Under the pieces are notes generated by a model that saw only the letters and a list, made by a program, of their open reading frames with translations, did no database searches and was not told the origin of the DNA. From positions 96,001-160,000 of IMG/VR virus record IMGVR_UViG_3300028886_000037: 64,000 nt of DNA; one strand, given 5' to 3'. The position numbers and the translations under genes are program-made. The stretch comes from a virus (taxonomy: Duplodnaviria; Caudoviricetes). This document shows, piece after piece, positions 1 to 9,798 of the stretch (positions are counted from its first letter, which is position 1; each line of letters starts with the position of its first letter).

Positions 1-760
1 ATTCAGCTTGCTGCGGTGCCTGGTAGGTCTCGACGGGCTGTTCGTAAGTCTGTTCCTGCGGCTGTTCCTGTTCCTGCATCTCTTCTGGAAGCGGTGCGAA
101 GTCAACCTTCTGCGGTGCAGCTTGCTGTTGATTCTGCGGAACTGGAATGTTGCTGTGAATCTCGACTGGATGAATCTCTGTCGGCGGAATCACGTCAGTG
201 AGGATAGCGTTTAGCAGCTCGGGATTGTATACTCCAGCCTGAAGGTTCGGCTCGCCAGCTCTTCTCGGAACTGGATTCGGGTTAGATCCTTCGATCTTGA
301 CTGGCTTCTTGAACGGCTTTGGCGCTGGCTTCGGCTCTGGACGGCGCGGCAGATCCTCTTCTCTCTCGTTGATCTCATCGTCTCTGTAACGGACTCTTTC
401 CGGCGGACGACGGTAGTTCGGACTGTACCTGAGGTTTGCCATTCTGTCCTCGTAGTTCGTTCCGCCCTTGAGACTATCGATGTATCTAGCGAGAGAGTCT
501 GCGATGCCCTCATCGATCTTCTTTAGACCAGCTAGGCCGTAACGGATGAAGCATGAGTCGATCTTCTTGTACAGACGCTGCTTGTAGAAGTCGACTTCGT
601 CCATCACTTTCTCGTCTTCGCGGTCGAAGGTTCTCTCTTCAACTCTAGCTCTTCTTTGAGGAGCTCTTTCCTCATAGTTCTCTTCCACCTCGGGTTCGAA
701 ATCCGGTTCGACCTGCGAAGCTGGTCTTCTTTGACTTTCTAAGAAATCATGAAATCCCAT
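1..760 (-). CDS. Hypothetical Pro/Gln/Glu-rich protein, runs off the window start (partial)
   Basis: Manual translation from ATG at 760 (MGFHDFLESQRRPASQVEPDF...) open to base 1; GAGG RBS and TATAAATA upstream; absent from the ORF track because there is no stop in the window. Confidence 0.8.
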   Translation of the reverse strand, partial: MGFHDFLESQRRPASQVEPDFEPEVEENYEERAPQRRARVEERTFDREDEKVMDEVDFYKQRLYKKIDSCFIRYGLAGLKKIDEGIADSLARYIDSLKGGTNYEDRMANLRYSPNYRRPPERVRYRDDEINEREEDLPRRPEPKPAPKPFKKPVKIEGSNPNPVPRRAGEPNLQAGVYNPELLNAILTDVIPPTEIHPVEIHSNIPVPQNQQQAAPQKVDFAPLPEEMQEQEQPQEQTYEQPVETYQAPQQAE

Positions 761-792
761 ATTAGTTGTCCTCAATGTTGAGTGTTCTGTGT

Positions 793-800
793 TATTTATA
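793..800 (-). promoter_or_regulatory. T4-type late promoter TATAAATA
   Basis: Exact TATAAATA on minus strand ~35 nt upstream of the 760 ATG. Confidence 0.6.
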
Positions 801-1203
801 CCGTCTTGTCGGACTCTTTGGCTGCCTTCGCAGCTTCACGTCTAGCTTTGCGGCGCTTCCTTGCACGCTCACGGCGATATTCCTTCTTCTCTTCCGGAGA
901 CATTTTCTTGAGCTTGTTGTATTTTCCGCGAGGCACGATGTTGCACGTCCAGTCTTTTTCGAGAAGAGTCGGATCTGGTGCAGCGGAACGGAACCAGATT
1001 CGGCCGCTATTCACGGCTGCCATCGTGGATCCCCATCGGACTATGCGGAACTTTTTCTTGACGAAGTTGAACTTCGCCTCCATCAAGTCTCCTTGGATCG
1101 AGAGCACCTTGTAGTCGTTGCCCTGTTCGTCTTTGTACTCACCGCCCACCTTGAACTGGGGCACCTGGATCACTTCCTTCTCGAGATAAGATTCGTTCTT
1201 CAT
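796..1203 (-). CDS. Hypothetical protein with basic C-terminus
   Basis: 135 aa ORF, GGAG RBS, phage-like codon usage. Confidence 0.7.
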   Translation of the reverse strand: MKNESYLEKEVIQVPQFKVGGEYKDEQGNDYKVLSIQGDLMEAKFNFVKKKFRIVRWGSTMAAVNSGRIWFRSAAPDPTLLEKDWTCNIVPRGKYNKLKKMSPEEKKEYRRERARKRRKARREAAKAAKESDKTV

Positions 1204-1471
1204 AATTCTCCACTAGTCTGTTTAGTTCGTCGAGCAAGATCTCCTTTCCGATGAACTCGTCAGACAAATGGATTGAAACGAAAGCGACAATCTCTTCGAC
1301 TGTCTTGAACTTCTCGTCTTGGAACTTGTTGAGGTTTTCAGTTACTTTTGTAGCGGTACCGAGCAAGTCCATCATGCGCTTGCACTCGGCCGGATTCTTG
1401 ATCATCCTCATCACGTCTTTCTCGCGACGAGTCTTGGGAATGGCGTTAGCCCACGTATGCTTCTTTTTCAT
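1139..1471 (-). CDS. Hypothetical protein
   Basis: ORF in operon orientation (MKKKHTW...), overlaps next gene by 65 nt. Confidence 0.6.
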   Translation of the reverse strand: MKKKHTWANAIPKTRREKDVMRMIKNPAECKRMMDLLGTATKVTENLNKFQDEKFKTVEEIVAFVSIHLSDEFIGKEILLDELNRLVENYEERILSREGSDPGAPVQGGR

Positions 1472-1739
1472 CAGAGTCACCCTGAAATTCGTTCATTGCG
1501 CACTCTAGAAGGTACTGGTAGGACTCGCGATCTACAAACGAGAAGAACGGGAGCTTCTTGTGATTGCTCTCGTTTACTGGGAACTTCAGCCACCATTTTC
1601 CCGTTGTCGGATCGTTGAACAGCTTTACGCCTGTGATGCGGAAGAGACCGCAGAGAGTAGCTTTGAATATCGCTACGCAGTTGTGTGAGCCGTCTTTGAG
1701 TTTTACCATATCTAGTGTGTCGACTGTCATTTTAGTCAT
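1446..1739 (-). CDS. SpoVG-like nucleic-acid-binding protein
   Basis: 97 aa; A-x-F-K-A-T-L...F-R-I-T-G-V-K-L...W-L-K-F-P pattern and C-terminal helix resemble SpoVG. Confidence 0.55.
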   Translation of the reverse strand: MTKMTVDTLDMVKLKDGSHNCVAIFKATLCGLFRITGVKLFNDPTTGKWWLKFPVNESNHKKLPFFSFVDRESYQYLLECAMNEFQGDSDEKEAYVG

Positions 1740-1830
1740 GTTAGCTCTTTCCTTAAAGTTATGTTCTATTTATATCTTCTCGGACTCTAACATTATTTTT
1801 AATATAAGAAGTTCGAGACGACTTGTAAAC

Positions 1831-2616
1831 CTATATTTTGGATAGTTTACGATTTTTTACATGAGATTCGTTGATTTTGTTCATAGGATTCAGCCAGATT
1901 TTCTCTGAATCAGTGCCGAGCTTCAGGTCGAGCTCCTGGTACATGAGCTCTTCGTCATAAGAGATTCCGTACTTGATGTCGTCCATGAGCATGTCGAAAG
2001 TAGCGTAGTTCTTCACTCGGTTCTTCGAGCTCTGCTCACGATTCGGCTTTACTTTGAAGATTCCTCTAGCGTCTGTCTTCTTGATCTCTTCGATCTGCTC
2101 TGGCGTCAGAGACTTCACTGGAATCAGATCACGGCTTCTCAGCACTACGACGTACACGTTAGCGAGCGTCTTAGTCGAGTGAATGAGCTTAGCGTGATTC
2201 TTTTTCTCTTCCTCTGTGTCGTCAGCGAACTGCTCGATCGGTCCGATCTTCTTTCCGTAGATCGCAGTAGCTTGTCTAGCGATCTTCGTCCAGAAAGCGC
2301 CGTGTCCAGCTCTATATCTTCTCGTGTCTGGATTCATCATGTTGTTGTACAGATGGATCATCTCGTGAAGTATAGTGTTAGCGAGCGGTTTCTTGTTGTC
2401 GAAGAGATAGCGGTTGACATAGATGTACTTCTTGCCGTTGTCATAGAGCGAAAGCCCGCTGACCGAGTCGAAGTCTTCTTGGCCGAAATACTCAACAGCT
2501 TCTGATTTGTCACATGTTATGACGCATTTTCCGAGCTTACAACCCAATTCTCCAAGGAAAAAGTCCTTGTCGAAAAATGCATAAATCCGCTTCGCGTCAG
2601 CTAGTGAGTATTTCAT
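1831..2616 (-). CDS. SprT-like zinc metalloprotease
   Basis: TILHEMIH (HExxH) plus GHGAFW motif. Confidence 0.75.
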   Translation of the reverse strand: MKYSLADAKRIYAFFDKDFFLGELGCKLGKCVITCDKSEAVEYFGQEDFDSVSGLSLYDNGKKYIYVNRYLFDNKKPLANTILHEMIHLYNNMMNPDTRRYRAGHGAFWTKIARQATAIYGKKIGPIEQFADDTEEEKKNHAKLIHSTKTLANVYVVVLRSRDLIPVKSLTPEQIEEIKKTDARGIFKVKPNREQSSKNRVKNYATFDMLMDDIKYGISYDEELMYQELDLKLGTDSEKIWLNPMNKINESHVKNRKLSKI

Positions 2617-2641
2617 CGGCTACCTCTCGTATTGGTCTTAG

Positions 2642-4255
2642 CTAGAATCCTATGTCGTCATCTCCTTCCAGATCCTCGTCCTTGTCTTCTGGAGCAGCCT
2701 CATCCTTAGCAGCCTTAGCAGCGTCGATGATAGCTTCGCACTCCTGATTGATGTACTGCTGATTCTTGATGATGTCAGAGTCAGACATGTGAAGGATCGT
2801 CTCGTAGAGATACTGTTTGGAGATCAACGGCTTAGCCTCTTCTGAGTCAGGCTTAGCGTTTGCGAGGCTCGGGAGCATCTGCTGGAGCTGGCTTATGATT
2901 CCGCCCATCTTCTCCCATACTGCTAGCTGTCTGATCTTCTCGAAGCTGTTTGCGCCGTTGAGGTTGATGTTGTAGAGTGCTGGATCAAGATACTTTTTCT
3001 TGAATCCGACAAGCTTCAAATGGACTAGGAACGTGTGCTTGATGATCTGGTCGCAGTATCTCTGTGCGAGATCCCGGCACATCTCCTGGAAAGCGATCTC
3101 GTTGACTTCCTGTTCTGGAGAAACGCTGTAGTTCGTTCCACCGCTTTCTCCGTTCGCCCATCTCTGAGCCGGGAAGAGAATAGCGTCCATCACTTGCTGC
3201 TGGAACATTCTCACGTCGTCCATCTGGCCGTTGAACTCGGTAGAAGACTTGATCGGCTCGACGGTAGTGCCATAGCCCTGGTCAGTCTTTCCGACGAAGA
3301 TGTCTTCCGTGAACGACTGGACGTTCTTAGAGCACTCGATCATGCCCGTCACTGGGTTGATCGTCATAGTCTTGCGGTACTTGTTCTTGATGTCGTTGAT
3401 CATCGCATTAGCAGCAGCGTCGTTCTTACGGCCGATGAAGATGTTCCATAGTCTTCTCTCTGGAGCACGGTTGATTCTAGTGACCGTCAATGCGTCCTCG
3501 ATAGCTCTCAGCTGATTCAATGGACGGATAGCAGCGTCCAAGTGACCGCGAACGTCGTTTCTGTTAGAGCCCCACATGCCGTAGTCAGAGTAAGAGATCT
3601 GGTCGAGCGTGAACTTCTTGATCTCGCCAGTCGACTGTAGATCGATCATTCTCGGATCTTGGATGTAGCCGACAGCCTTGCCCTCTTCGTAGATGACTAG
3701 CGAGCAGTATGGCGGAAGGACCTTGAGTCCAACGAGCTTGCTTCCGTCGTCAGCAGCGCAGTTCTCCACGAACTGTTCTCCATCCACGAGCCATCTTCTG
3801 ACCATGTTCTTGATCTTGCTGCTTCCGCCGAAGACGCAGTTGATCACGTAGTCGAACTCCTCCTTGAGTGACTTGTACTCAGTCTGATTGAACTGGTCTG
3901 CGAAAGCCTTAGTGATGTTGAATGATGCGATCTCGTTCTCAGCGTTCGGCTTGCACATCTCGTTGATCATGACCATGATGGCCTTCTTGATGAGCGGGTA
4001 GTTGAACATGCTGCGGTAGAAAGCGATTCTCTGTTTCTTGGTCTCGAAGACAGCATCGAACAGAATAGACTGCTGGTCTGGGTTGACAGCATCGCCGTTC
4101 TTAGATCCCCAGCCTCCAGCGGCAGCGCTCCAGTTCGTCTGGTCTTCATCAAGACCGATTGAGTTGTTCTTAGCTTCAAGTTCACGAAGAGTCTGTGCGT
4201 CCTCCTCGTTCTTCAAGAAATTGTTGCTTAGAAAGTTTAGAAAGTTCAGATTCAT
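2642..4255 (-). CDS. T4-like portal protein (gp20)
   Basis: RRWLVDG, HLDAAIRPLNQLRAIEDALTVTRINRAPERRLWNI: gp20 signature. Confidence 0.95.
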   Translation of the reverse strand: MNLNFLNFLSNNFLKNEEDAQTLRELEAKNNSIGLDEDQTNWSAAAGGWGSKNGDAVNPDQQSILFDAVFETKKQRIAFYRSMFNYPLIKKAIMVMINEMCKPNAENEIASFNITKAFADQFNQTEYKSLKEEFDYVINCVFGGSSKIKNMVRRWLVDGEQFVENCAADDGSKLVGLKVLPPYCSLVIYEEGKAVGYIQDPRMIDLQSTGEIKKFTLDQISYSDYGMWGSNRNDVRGHLDAAIRPLNQLRAIEDALTVTRINRAPERRLWNIFIGRKNDAAANAMINDIKNKYRKTMTINPVTGMIECSKNVQSFTEDIFVGKTDQGYGTTVEPIKSSTEFNGQMDDVRMFQQQVMDAILFPAQRWANGESGGTNYSVSPEQEVNEIAFQEMCRDLAQRYCDQIIKHTFLVHLKLVGFKKKYLDPALYNINLNGANSFEKIRQLAVWEKMGGIISQLQQMLPSLANAKPDSEEAKPLISKQYLYETILHMSDSDIIKNQQYINQECEAIIDAAKAAKDEAAPEDKDEDLEGDDDIGF

Positions 4256-4274
4256 AGGTATTTCCCTTATGAGT

Positions 4275-4282
4275 TATTTATA
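4275..4282 (-). promoter_or_regulatory. T4-type late promoter of portal
   Basis: TATAAATA 20 nt upstream of portal ATG. Confidence 0.75.
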
Positions 4283-4288
4283 AGACCG

Positions 4289-4819
4289 CTACTGCTTCTT
4301 TACGAGTCCGAAGATCTCGTTCTCTGTGATAGCCCTGAACGTGAATCCACGCTTAGCTGCCCATACTTTAGCAGCCTCCCACTTCTCAGCGTTTCTCCGT
4401 ATAACCTGGCACTTCTCCTGCCATTTCGCTAGAGCTCTCTGAGTCTTTCTCTTCGGCGCCGGAGGGTAGATCACGTTGCCGTTAGCGTCGAGCTTCTCTG
4501 CCTGATTGTCTGGCTTCACTTCGACGGCATACTTCTGTATCTTTCCAGACTTGTCCCTCAGGATGATGAGAAAGTCTAAGATGTACTTGTGGCTGCGATT
4601 GTCTATCTGAGAGTAGTAAGGAATCTCTACGACTTCAGAACCCCAAGACAGAATGTCCAGCTCCATGTCACAGAAGTTGCACATGATCTGCTCCCATGAG
4701 CTTCTGTACGTGATCGGAAGCGTCTTGTCAGGGTATAGTTTTCCATTGAAGTTCAGACACTTCTCTGGATGCTTAGGAACGAAAGTTCCCTGATAGTAGT
4801 TTTTCGCAAATACTGACAC
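4289..4819 (-). CDS. Head completion nuclease (T4 gp4-like, TnsA-type fold)
   Basis: YRSSWE, WGSE..IPY, Y..DF, VEVKP, N.EKWEAA motifs. Confidence 0.9.
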   Translation of the reverse strand: MSVFAKNYYQGTFVPKHPEKCLNFNGKLYPDKTLPITYRSSWEQIMCNFCDMELDILSWGSEVVEIPYYSQIDNRSHKYILDFLIILRDKSGKIQKYAVEVKPDNQAEKLDANGNVIYPPAPKRKTQRALAKWQEKCQVIRRNAEKWEAAKVWAAKRGFTFRAITENEIFGLVKKQ

Positions 4820-4884
4820 AAAGTATTTACACGAAAAAAGACTGGATCCACAAGAGATCCAGTCTCTTTGGCATGCAGGAGACT

Positions 4885-5127
4885 TTACTTGACTTTCTTG
4901 TAAGTCGGTTTCTTGACGGTAGCTGTGAAGACGGTCTTAGTCGTCGACCAAGGACGTTCGTAACGCAGATCCTGACACTTCCTTTGCCATTTCTCGGTTT
5001 TCTGAAGCCAGACAGCAAATTGCTGATTATACATTGGCTTGTCCAAGACTGTATTTCTATTGAGCTTCTCTATGACTGCTCTATCGGCCAAATCTTCGTC
5101 ATATTCGATGTAGATGTCTGTGTTCAT
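4885..5127 (-). CDS. Hypothetical protein
   Basis: Probable start MNTDIY after AGGAG. Confidence 0.6.
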   Translation of the reverse strand: MNTDIYIEYDEDLADRAVIEKLNRNTVLDKPMYNQQFAVWLQKTEKWQRKCQDLRYERPWSTTKTVFTATVKKPTYKKVK

Positions 5128-5140
5128 TGTATCTCCTTTT

Positions 5141-6244
5141 CTAGTCTTCTTCCTCATCCACTTCTGGCGTATCTCCTCTCTGCGGCAGAGGAAGATCTTC
5201 TTTCACCTTAGCCAGTTCTAGCGCCTTGTACTGGTCGGGATAGCGTGTAAAATAGCGTCTCAGCTCTTCGATCGTGAACTTCTTTCGTCTCTTCAGGTAC
5301 ATTACGACGTCGTTGATGTCATTGATGTCTGTCGGAAGATTGTAGTCGAAGATGAACGAGCTCCACATGAAGACTGGTCGTCCCTGATTGACTCTCTTCC
5401 AAGCGTTCTTTCGTCCGCCCTTGTCGTTGTCGAAGATGAACCAGCAGTTCAAGTTCTTGAGCTTGTCATCGATCTCGCCAGAGGATCCAGCGCCGACAGT
5501 CGCCGTAGAGTTCTCGACGAACATGCTGTTGATCGGACCCTCTAGAACGGCGATTGGCTTCTCTTTGTCCACGAAGTCCCAGTTGTAGAGTGCAGTGCTT
5601 CCGACTCTAGACAGGTACTTGACGTCGTTGTCCTTGTCCAAGGTGCGCCCCTGGAAGAATTCGATCTTGCCGTCCTTGTCGTAGAACGGAATGATCACGC
5701 GTCCGCGATACTTGTCTTCGTCGCAGTAGTAGAACCGCTTCCAAACCTCTTCGGGAATCAAGCGGCTCTTGCAGAAGTGAATAGCAGCCAACTGGTACTT
5801 GCCAGGTTTGTCGATCTTCTTGAAGAATCGTGTCGCCTTGCGGTCCTTCTCGATAGCTCTCTGCAGGTCCTGCTTCTCTTTGATAAGGTCATCTGCTCTC
5901 TTGCGTTCGATAATAGCCTTCAGGGCATCGACTTCCTTCTTGTCTTTCTTTCCGTAAGACTTCAGCTCTTCGACATACTGGTCGTAGAGGCTCGAGTTGA
6001 CTTCCTTCAGCCACTTAGTAGCGAGAATTCCGTGATCAGCGCAACGGCAAGAGGCTCTCCAGCACGTATAGCACCAACGATAGGTGTTTGTGAGCCATAG
6101 AGTGCCCTTTAAGTCCTTGTCGCCGCAGAACGGACAGTTCACCTTGATCTCGCGTCCACGGCCCTTGTGGCGGACCGTATCGACTGCACGACGGATGTAC
6201 TTCTCTAGGACAAAAGTCTTTGTCTGGTCATCAACTTCGAACAT
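5141..6244 (-). CDS. DNA primase (T4 gp61-like)
   Basis: CPFCGD zinc finger, IIPFYD, FQGR, EGPIN, FDND toprim motifs. Confidence 0.92.
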   Translation of the reverse strand: MFEVDDQTKTFVLEKYIRRAVDTVRHKGRGREIKVNCPFCGDKDLKGTLWLTNTYRWCYTCWRASCRCADHGILATKWLKEVNSSLYDQYVEELKSYGKKDKKEVDALKAIIERKRADDLIKEKQDLQRAIEKDRKATRFFKKIDKPGKYQLAAIHFCKSRLIPEEVWKRFYYCDEDKYRGRVIIPFYDKDGKIEFFQGRTLDKDNDVKYLSRVGSTALYNWDFVDKEKPIAVLEGPINSMFVENSTATVGAGSSGEIDDKLKNLNCWFIFDNDKGGRKNAWKRVNQGRPVFMWSSFIFDYNLPTDINDINDVVMYLKRRKKFTIEELRRYFTRYPDQYKALELAKVKEDLPLPQRGDTPEVDEEED

Positions 6245-6588
6245 TAGAACTCACAGAGCTTTCTGAAATCAGGTCCAATTTCACCAGCGATGTAGTTGTT
6301 CGTGTGGACGAAGTAATTGGTCTCCTCGCCCGCATGCCAAGCGACGATAACCTGAACTAGTCCTCTGTTCGGCATCTCGACCAAAGAGATAGCAGCGCTG
6401 TACTTGCGTTTGTCCATCTCTTTTCTCAGCTTCTTGCACTGAGCAGTGTAGTACTTGATCACGTTCTCACGATTGACCTTCTTGTACTTGTAGTGATTCG
6501 CAGAGATTAGATCGAAGAGGATCTTTACGAACTCGTTGTCTTTCATCTCTTCGTCGGTCTTGTAGTGTGAAGTTTTCTTCTTAGCCAT
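6244..6588 (-). CDS. Hypothetical protein
   Basis: 114 aa ORF translationally coupled to neighbours. Confidence 0.7.
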   Translation of the reverse strand: MAKKKTSHYKTDEEMKDNEFVKILFDLISANHYKYKKVNRENVIKYYTAQCKKLRKEMDKRKYSAAISLVEMPNRGLVQVIVAWHAGEETNYFVHTNNYIAGEIGPDFRKLCEF

Positions 6589-7484
6589 TATGCTTCCTTC
6601 GGCACGTGAGCCAAAACGTTCTTTTCGACTTGAGCACAGATCGTCTTAGCTTCATCCAGATTCTTGCACGGGATGACGCCAACGTTGCTCTGTGCGGTGA
6701 ACACGTTCATCTTCTCCAGAATCTCCTTGCAGTCGATTACGGCAGTGCAGGAACGGAGAGTGATGTAGTTGGACTTCGGATGATAGAGGAGGAAGTAGTT
6801 TACGCCCTCCAAGTCCATCTGCTTGCTGATCTCTGCCTGATATTCGTTCGCTGTGATCATTCGGCCGTTATAGCCGAGCTTGAGCTGTGCGAGAGACTCG
6901 TAATAGAGCTTCCAGTCACGTACGTGTTCAGAGAGGATGTCCTTCTCAGCCTGAGTCAGAGCTAGCTTTCCGCCAGCAGACCAGCGCTTGATGAATGTAT
7001 ACGGATTGTCGGACTTCCAGAACAGAGTGTTGAAGTGGAACGAGCGAGGATCCTTCAACTTCCAGAGTTCGAAGTCATCAGCGAGAAGAGTAACGTCCCA
7101 GTAGCGTTCGAGATCAGCCATGAAACGCTTGTAGTACATGTAGACCATCATAGCGCCAGAGTAGTCCTGATTGACGTGATAGGCTTTGTTGCCGAGAGTC
7201 TTCCACCAGTTCGCGTTCTCGTGATGGTCGAAGATTACGACGGGCTTCTTGAAGTTCTTGACGAAGTCACGGCTCTGTGTCGGAGCGATGTTCGTGAAGA
7301 TCACGACGTCTATCTTGTCGCTCTCTTCGATCATAGTCTTAGTCATCTCGTCGGGACGGCGATACGACATGAAGTATGTTTTGCAGTTCTTGTAATAGGC
7401 TTTGAGAATTACAGACGAGATTGCGCCATTGACGCTCCAAGATGTGAAATTGAGAATTCTCAAGTTACGGTCTTTAAGATCCAT
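6588..7484 (-). CDS. DHH-family phosphoesterase
   Basis: IFDHHE, SGA, D.E.W and LRS motifs; first Asp motifs look degenerate. Confidence 0.7.
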   Translation of the reverse strand: MDLKDRNLRILNFTSWSVNGAISSVILKAYYKNCKTYFMSYRRPDEMTKTMIEESDKIDVVIFTNIAPTQSRDFVKNFKKPVVIFDHHENANWWKTLGNKAYHVNQDYSGAMMVYMYYKRFMADLERYWDVTLLADDFELWKLKDPRSFHFNTLFWKSDNPYTFIKRWSAGGKLALTQAEKDILSEHVRDWKLYYESLAQLKLGYNGRMITANEYQAEISKQMDLEGVNYFLLYHPKSNYITLRSCTAVIDCKEILEKMNVFTAQSNVGVIPCKNLDEAKTICAQVEKNVLAHVPKEA

Positions 7485-7559
7485 TTTGACCTCTTTGTTT
7501 GTAGTGCATTTCTAAATATACGATTTTCGATTGATTCTGTAAACCCTTTATTAAAGAGA

Positions 7560-7589
7560 AAGGCGCAGAAATTTGACTTCCTGCGCCTT
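7560..7589 (-). terminator. Intrinsic terminator after SSB gene
   Basis: AAGGCGCAG...CTGCGCCTT hairpin followed by T-rich run on minus strand. Confidence 0.7.
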
Positions 7590-7673
7590 GTTTCGTAACC
7601 TCGTGGACCCTCTAAGATAGGAGTAAAAGAGTAAAAGAGTTGTGAGGGTTCAACCGGTTCTGTAAAGATTGTT

Positions 7674-8597
7674 TTACTTTAGGCTGTCGAGGAAGTCGTC
7701 AATTCCTTCGGAAGACGGCTTCTCAGCATACGGTTCTGCTTCGCTCTGGACAGATTCGTTCAAGGCTGCAGTGTTGCCACTGTCGATGCCCGGAATGATC
7801 GGTTCATAGGTCGGCTTGCCCTCTGCGTCGACGCCACGCTTGAACAGCTTCTCGCCGTCAACGAACTTCTCGTAGATTCCGAGAACACCCTCAAATGTTT
7901 CGTTGCTGGTGTCCTTCTCGCACGGCTTGAGTTCGAAGAGCCCATCGTCAATGGCCTGGATCTCTTCCTCTGTGAGAGGATTGTTGTTCTTGTCAGAGAT
8001 CGGCTTCTGGTCGCCGAAGTAAGAATCCTTCGGGTTCGGGCCGTACTGGCTATCCTTGGCCTTGAAGATCAGGTTTGCGCCCTTGTAGTAGTCGAAGACG
8101 TTGACGCCCGGAATGAAGCCCTTGTCTGCGTCGTTCTTGTCGGCCATCTTCTCAAGGATCTTCTCCATGATCTGGATGCCGTACTTGAAGCGGTAGACCT
8201 TGCCTTCAGTAGTCGGGTCGGCGTTATTTCTCACCACGAGGACGTTGGAAACGAACTGGCGCTTTGCCTTCTTCTTGGAGATGTCCTTCGCCTTCTCTTT
8301 CGGGAATGCGTCGAACACTGCCTTGTTCCAATCGCAGATAGGACACTTGTGACCGGCCTTGCGGAGACAGTCAACCACGTGCCACTTGCCATCGGTTCCC
8401 TTGAAGGAGTGAGTGCGGTTCTCGATGAACGGAGAAGCTTCAGTCTTCGGCTGCGGGAGCAGACGTAGTACGACTTCACATTCACCGTTGATCATCTTCG
8501 GGACAAATTCGTTCTCAATCGAAAAAGAGCTACCACTCTTCTTGGCAGCCACGTTCTTGATCTGGTCGAAATAGTTGTCGAAATTGCGTTCAATCAT
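7674..8597 (-). CDS. Single-stranded DNA-binding protein (T4 gp32-like)
   Basis: LRLLP, HSF, C...CPIC, NVLVV, EGKVYRFKYG..I, acidic DDFLDSL tail. Confidence 0.93.
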   Translation of the reverse strand: MIERNFDNYFDQIKNVAAKKSGSSFSIENEFVPKMINGECEVVLRLLPQPKTEASPFIENRTHSFKGTDGKWHVVDCLRKAGHKCPICDWNKAVFDAFPKEKAKDISKKKAKRQFVSNVLVVRNNADPTTEGKVYRFKYGIQIMEKILEKMADKNDADKGFIPGVNVFDYYKGANLIFKAKDSQYGPNPKDSYFGDQKPISDKNNNPLTEEEIQAIDDGLFELKPCEKDTSNETFEGVLGIYEKFVDGEKLFKRGVDAEGKPTYEPIIPGIDSGNTAALNESVQSEAEPYAEKPSSEGIDDFLDSLK

Positions 8598-8710
8598 TGT
8601 TTTACCTTTATTGTACCTTTATCGTTCTTTATTGTTCTTACCGTCTCTACTGAGTGTATCTCAGCTGGACATGTTATATATAGGAATTTTTTCTAGTTCA
8701 AAATTTCGTC

Positions 8711-9412
8711 TCACGCTCTCTTGTGATACCATACGTTGCTGAGATCAAAACCGTCTTTTATGAGCCATTCCACCATCTTCAGGAAGCGCTTATACTCTTC
8801 GTCGATCTCCTTCATGTCGGTACGGATGCCGAAGCCGTCGTTTATCTTCCACAGATGCAGGTATAGATGGAGTCCGATCTTGCCGTCGCAGAGCAGATCG
8901 TAGAGCACGTTCGTCTGGTCTCTGCGAGGATTCAGGACGCTAACGTTCGTCTCTGCTGCAGCTTTAAGCACGCCCAGCTGATCCTTGAGATTCTCTGGCT
9001 TGTATAGCTCGATGCCCTCCAGCTTTCCTATCGCTTTCAGATCGACAGCGTTATACACGACTTTCTTCTTTTCGGGGTCCTTCTTAGTCGCCCTCATGTA
9101 CAGAGATCCGTCTTTCTTGCGCTTGAAGAACTTTCCGTGGAACTTTCTGATATACTCACCGACGATATAGACCTTCAGCGTCTTCATGTTCAGCAATCCG
9201 CACTCGAGCGAGTTAGCGAGATTGATGCAACGATCACGGCCGATCTGATCTATGACTGGCTGCTTTCCATAGGCTACAGCAGCCTCCATCTCCTCCTGTG
9301 CTACCGTCCATGCTGCTTCGCTGAACACGTTGCCCAGACTCAGAGACTTGCTAGTCTTCTTGATCTCTTTGTTGAAGAGATAGAGAATTGAGTATACGTC
9401 GCTTGCGTTCAT
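8711..9412 (-). CDS. Probable helicase loader (gp59-like)
   Basis: Position between gp33-like and gp32 as in T4; size; N-terminal DVYSILY resembles gp59; weak. Confidence 0.45.
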   Translation of the reverse strand: MNASDVYSILYLFNKEIKKTSKSLSLGNVFSEAAWTVAQEEMEAAVAYGKQPVIDQIGRDRCINLANSLECGLLNMKTLKVYIVGEYIRKFHGKFFKRKKDGSLYMRATKKDPEKKKVVYNAVDLKAIGKLEGIELYKPENLKDQLGVLKAAAETNVSVLNPRRDQTNVLYDLLCDGKIGLHLYLHLWKINDGFGIRTDMKEIDEEYKRFLKMVEWLIKDGFDLSNVWYHKRA

Positions 9413-9413
9413 A

Positions 9414-9788
9414 TCACTTGATCAGGAATTTGCTAGTTCTTTCTTGGGACATGCGGTTCTTCTTCTGGAGTTCCAGATATAGCGCGTCGTAGAGGTTAGT
9501 CTGGAGCAGCGTAAGGAGCTGTTGCTCGTCAAAGAAGTCTTCGATCAGGTACTTGCACATGTCGATCACGCTCACGCCGTGCTTACGGTGGATATACTCT
9601 AGCGTGCTGTTGAACATGATGAACGAGTTCAAGTCCTTCTTTTCGATGATGGGGATGAGACACTTCGGCAGACGAGATTCCTCGTCCAAGTCATACATGT
9701 CATATCCCTGCCGTTTCATTAGATCGAAAAACTCGGTCTTAGCGGTATCTCTCTCCAGAGCTTCTATTCTGTCATCACTGTTTACCAT
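9414..9788 (-). CDS. Probable late-transcription coactivator (gp33-like)
   Basis: SVIDMCKYL...L...LYLELQKKN resembles gp33 core; T4 synteny. Confidence 0.5.
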   Translation of the reverse strand: MVNSDDRIEALERDTAKTEFFDLMKRQGYDMYDLDEESRLPKCLIPIIEKKDLNSFIMFNSTLEYIHRKHGVSVIDMCKYLIEDFFDEQQLLTLLQTNLYDALYLELQKKNRMSQERTSKFLIK

Positions 9789-9798
9789 CTTGTTCTCC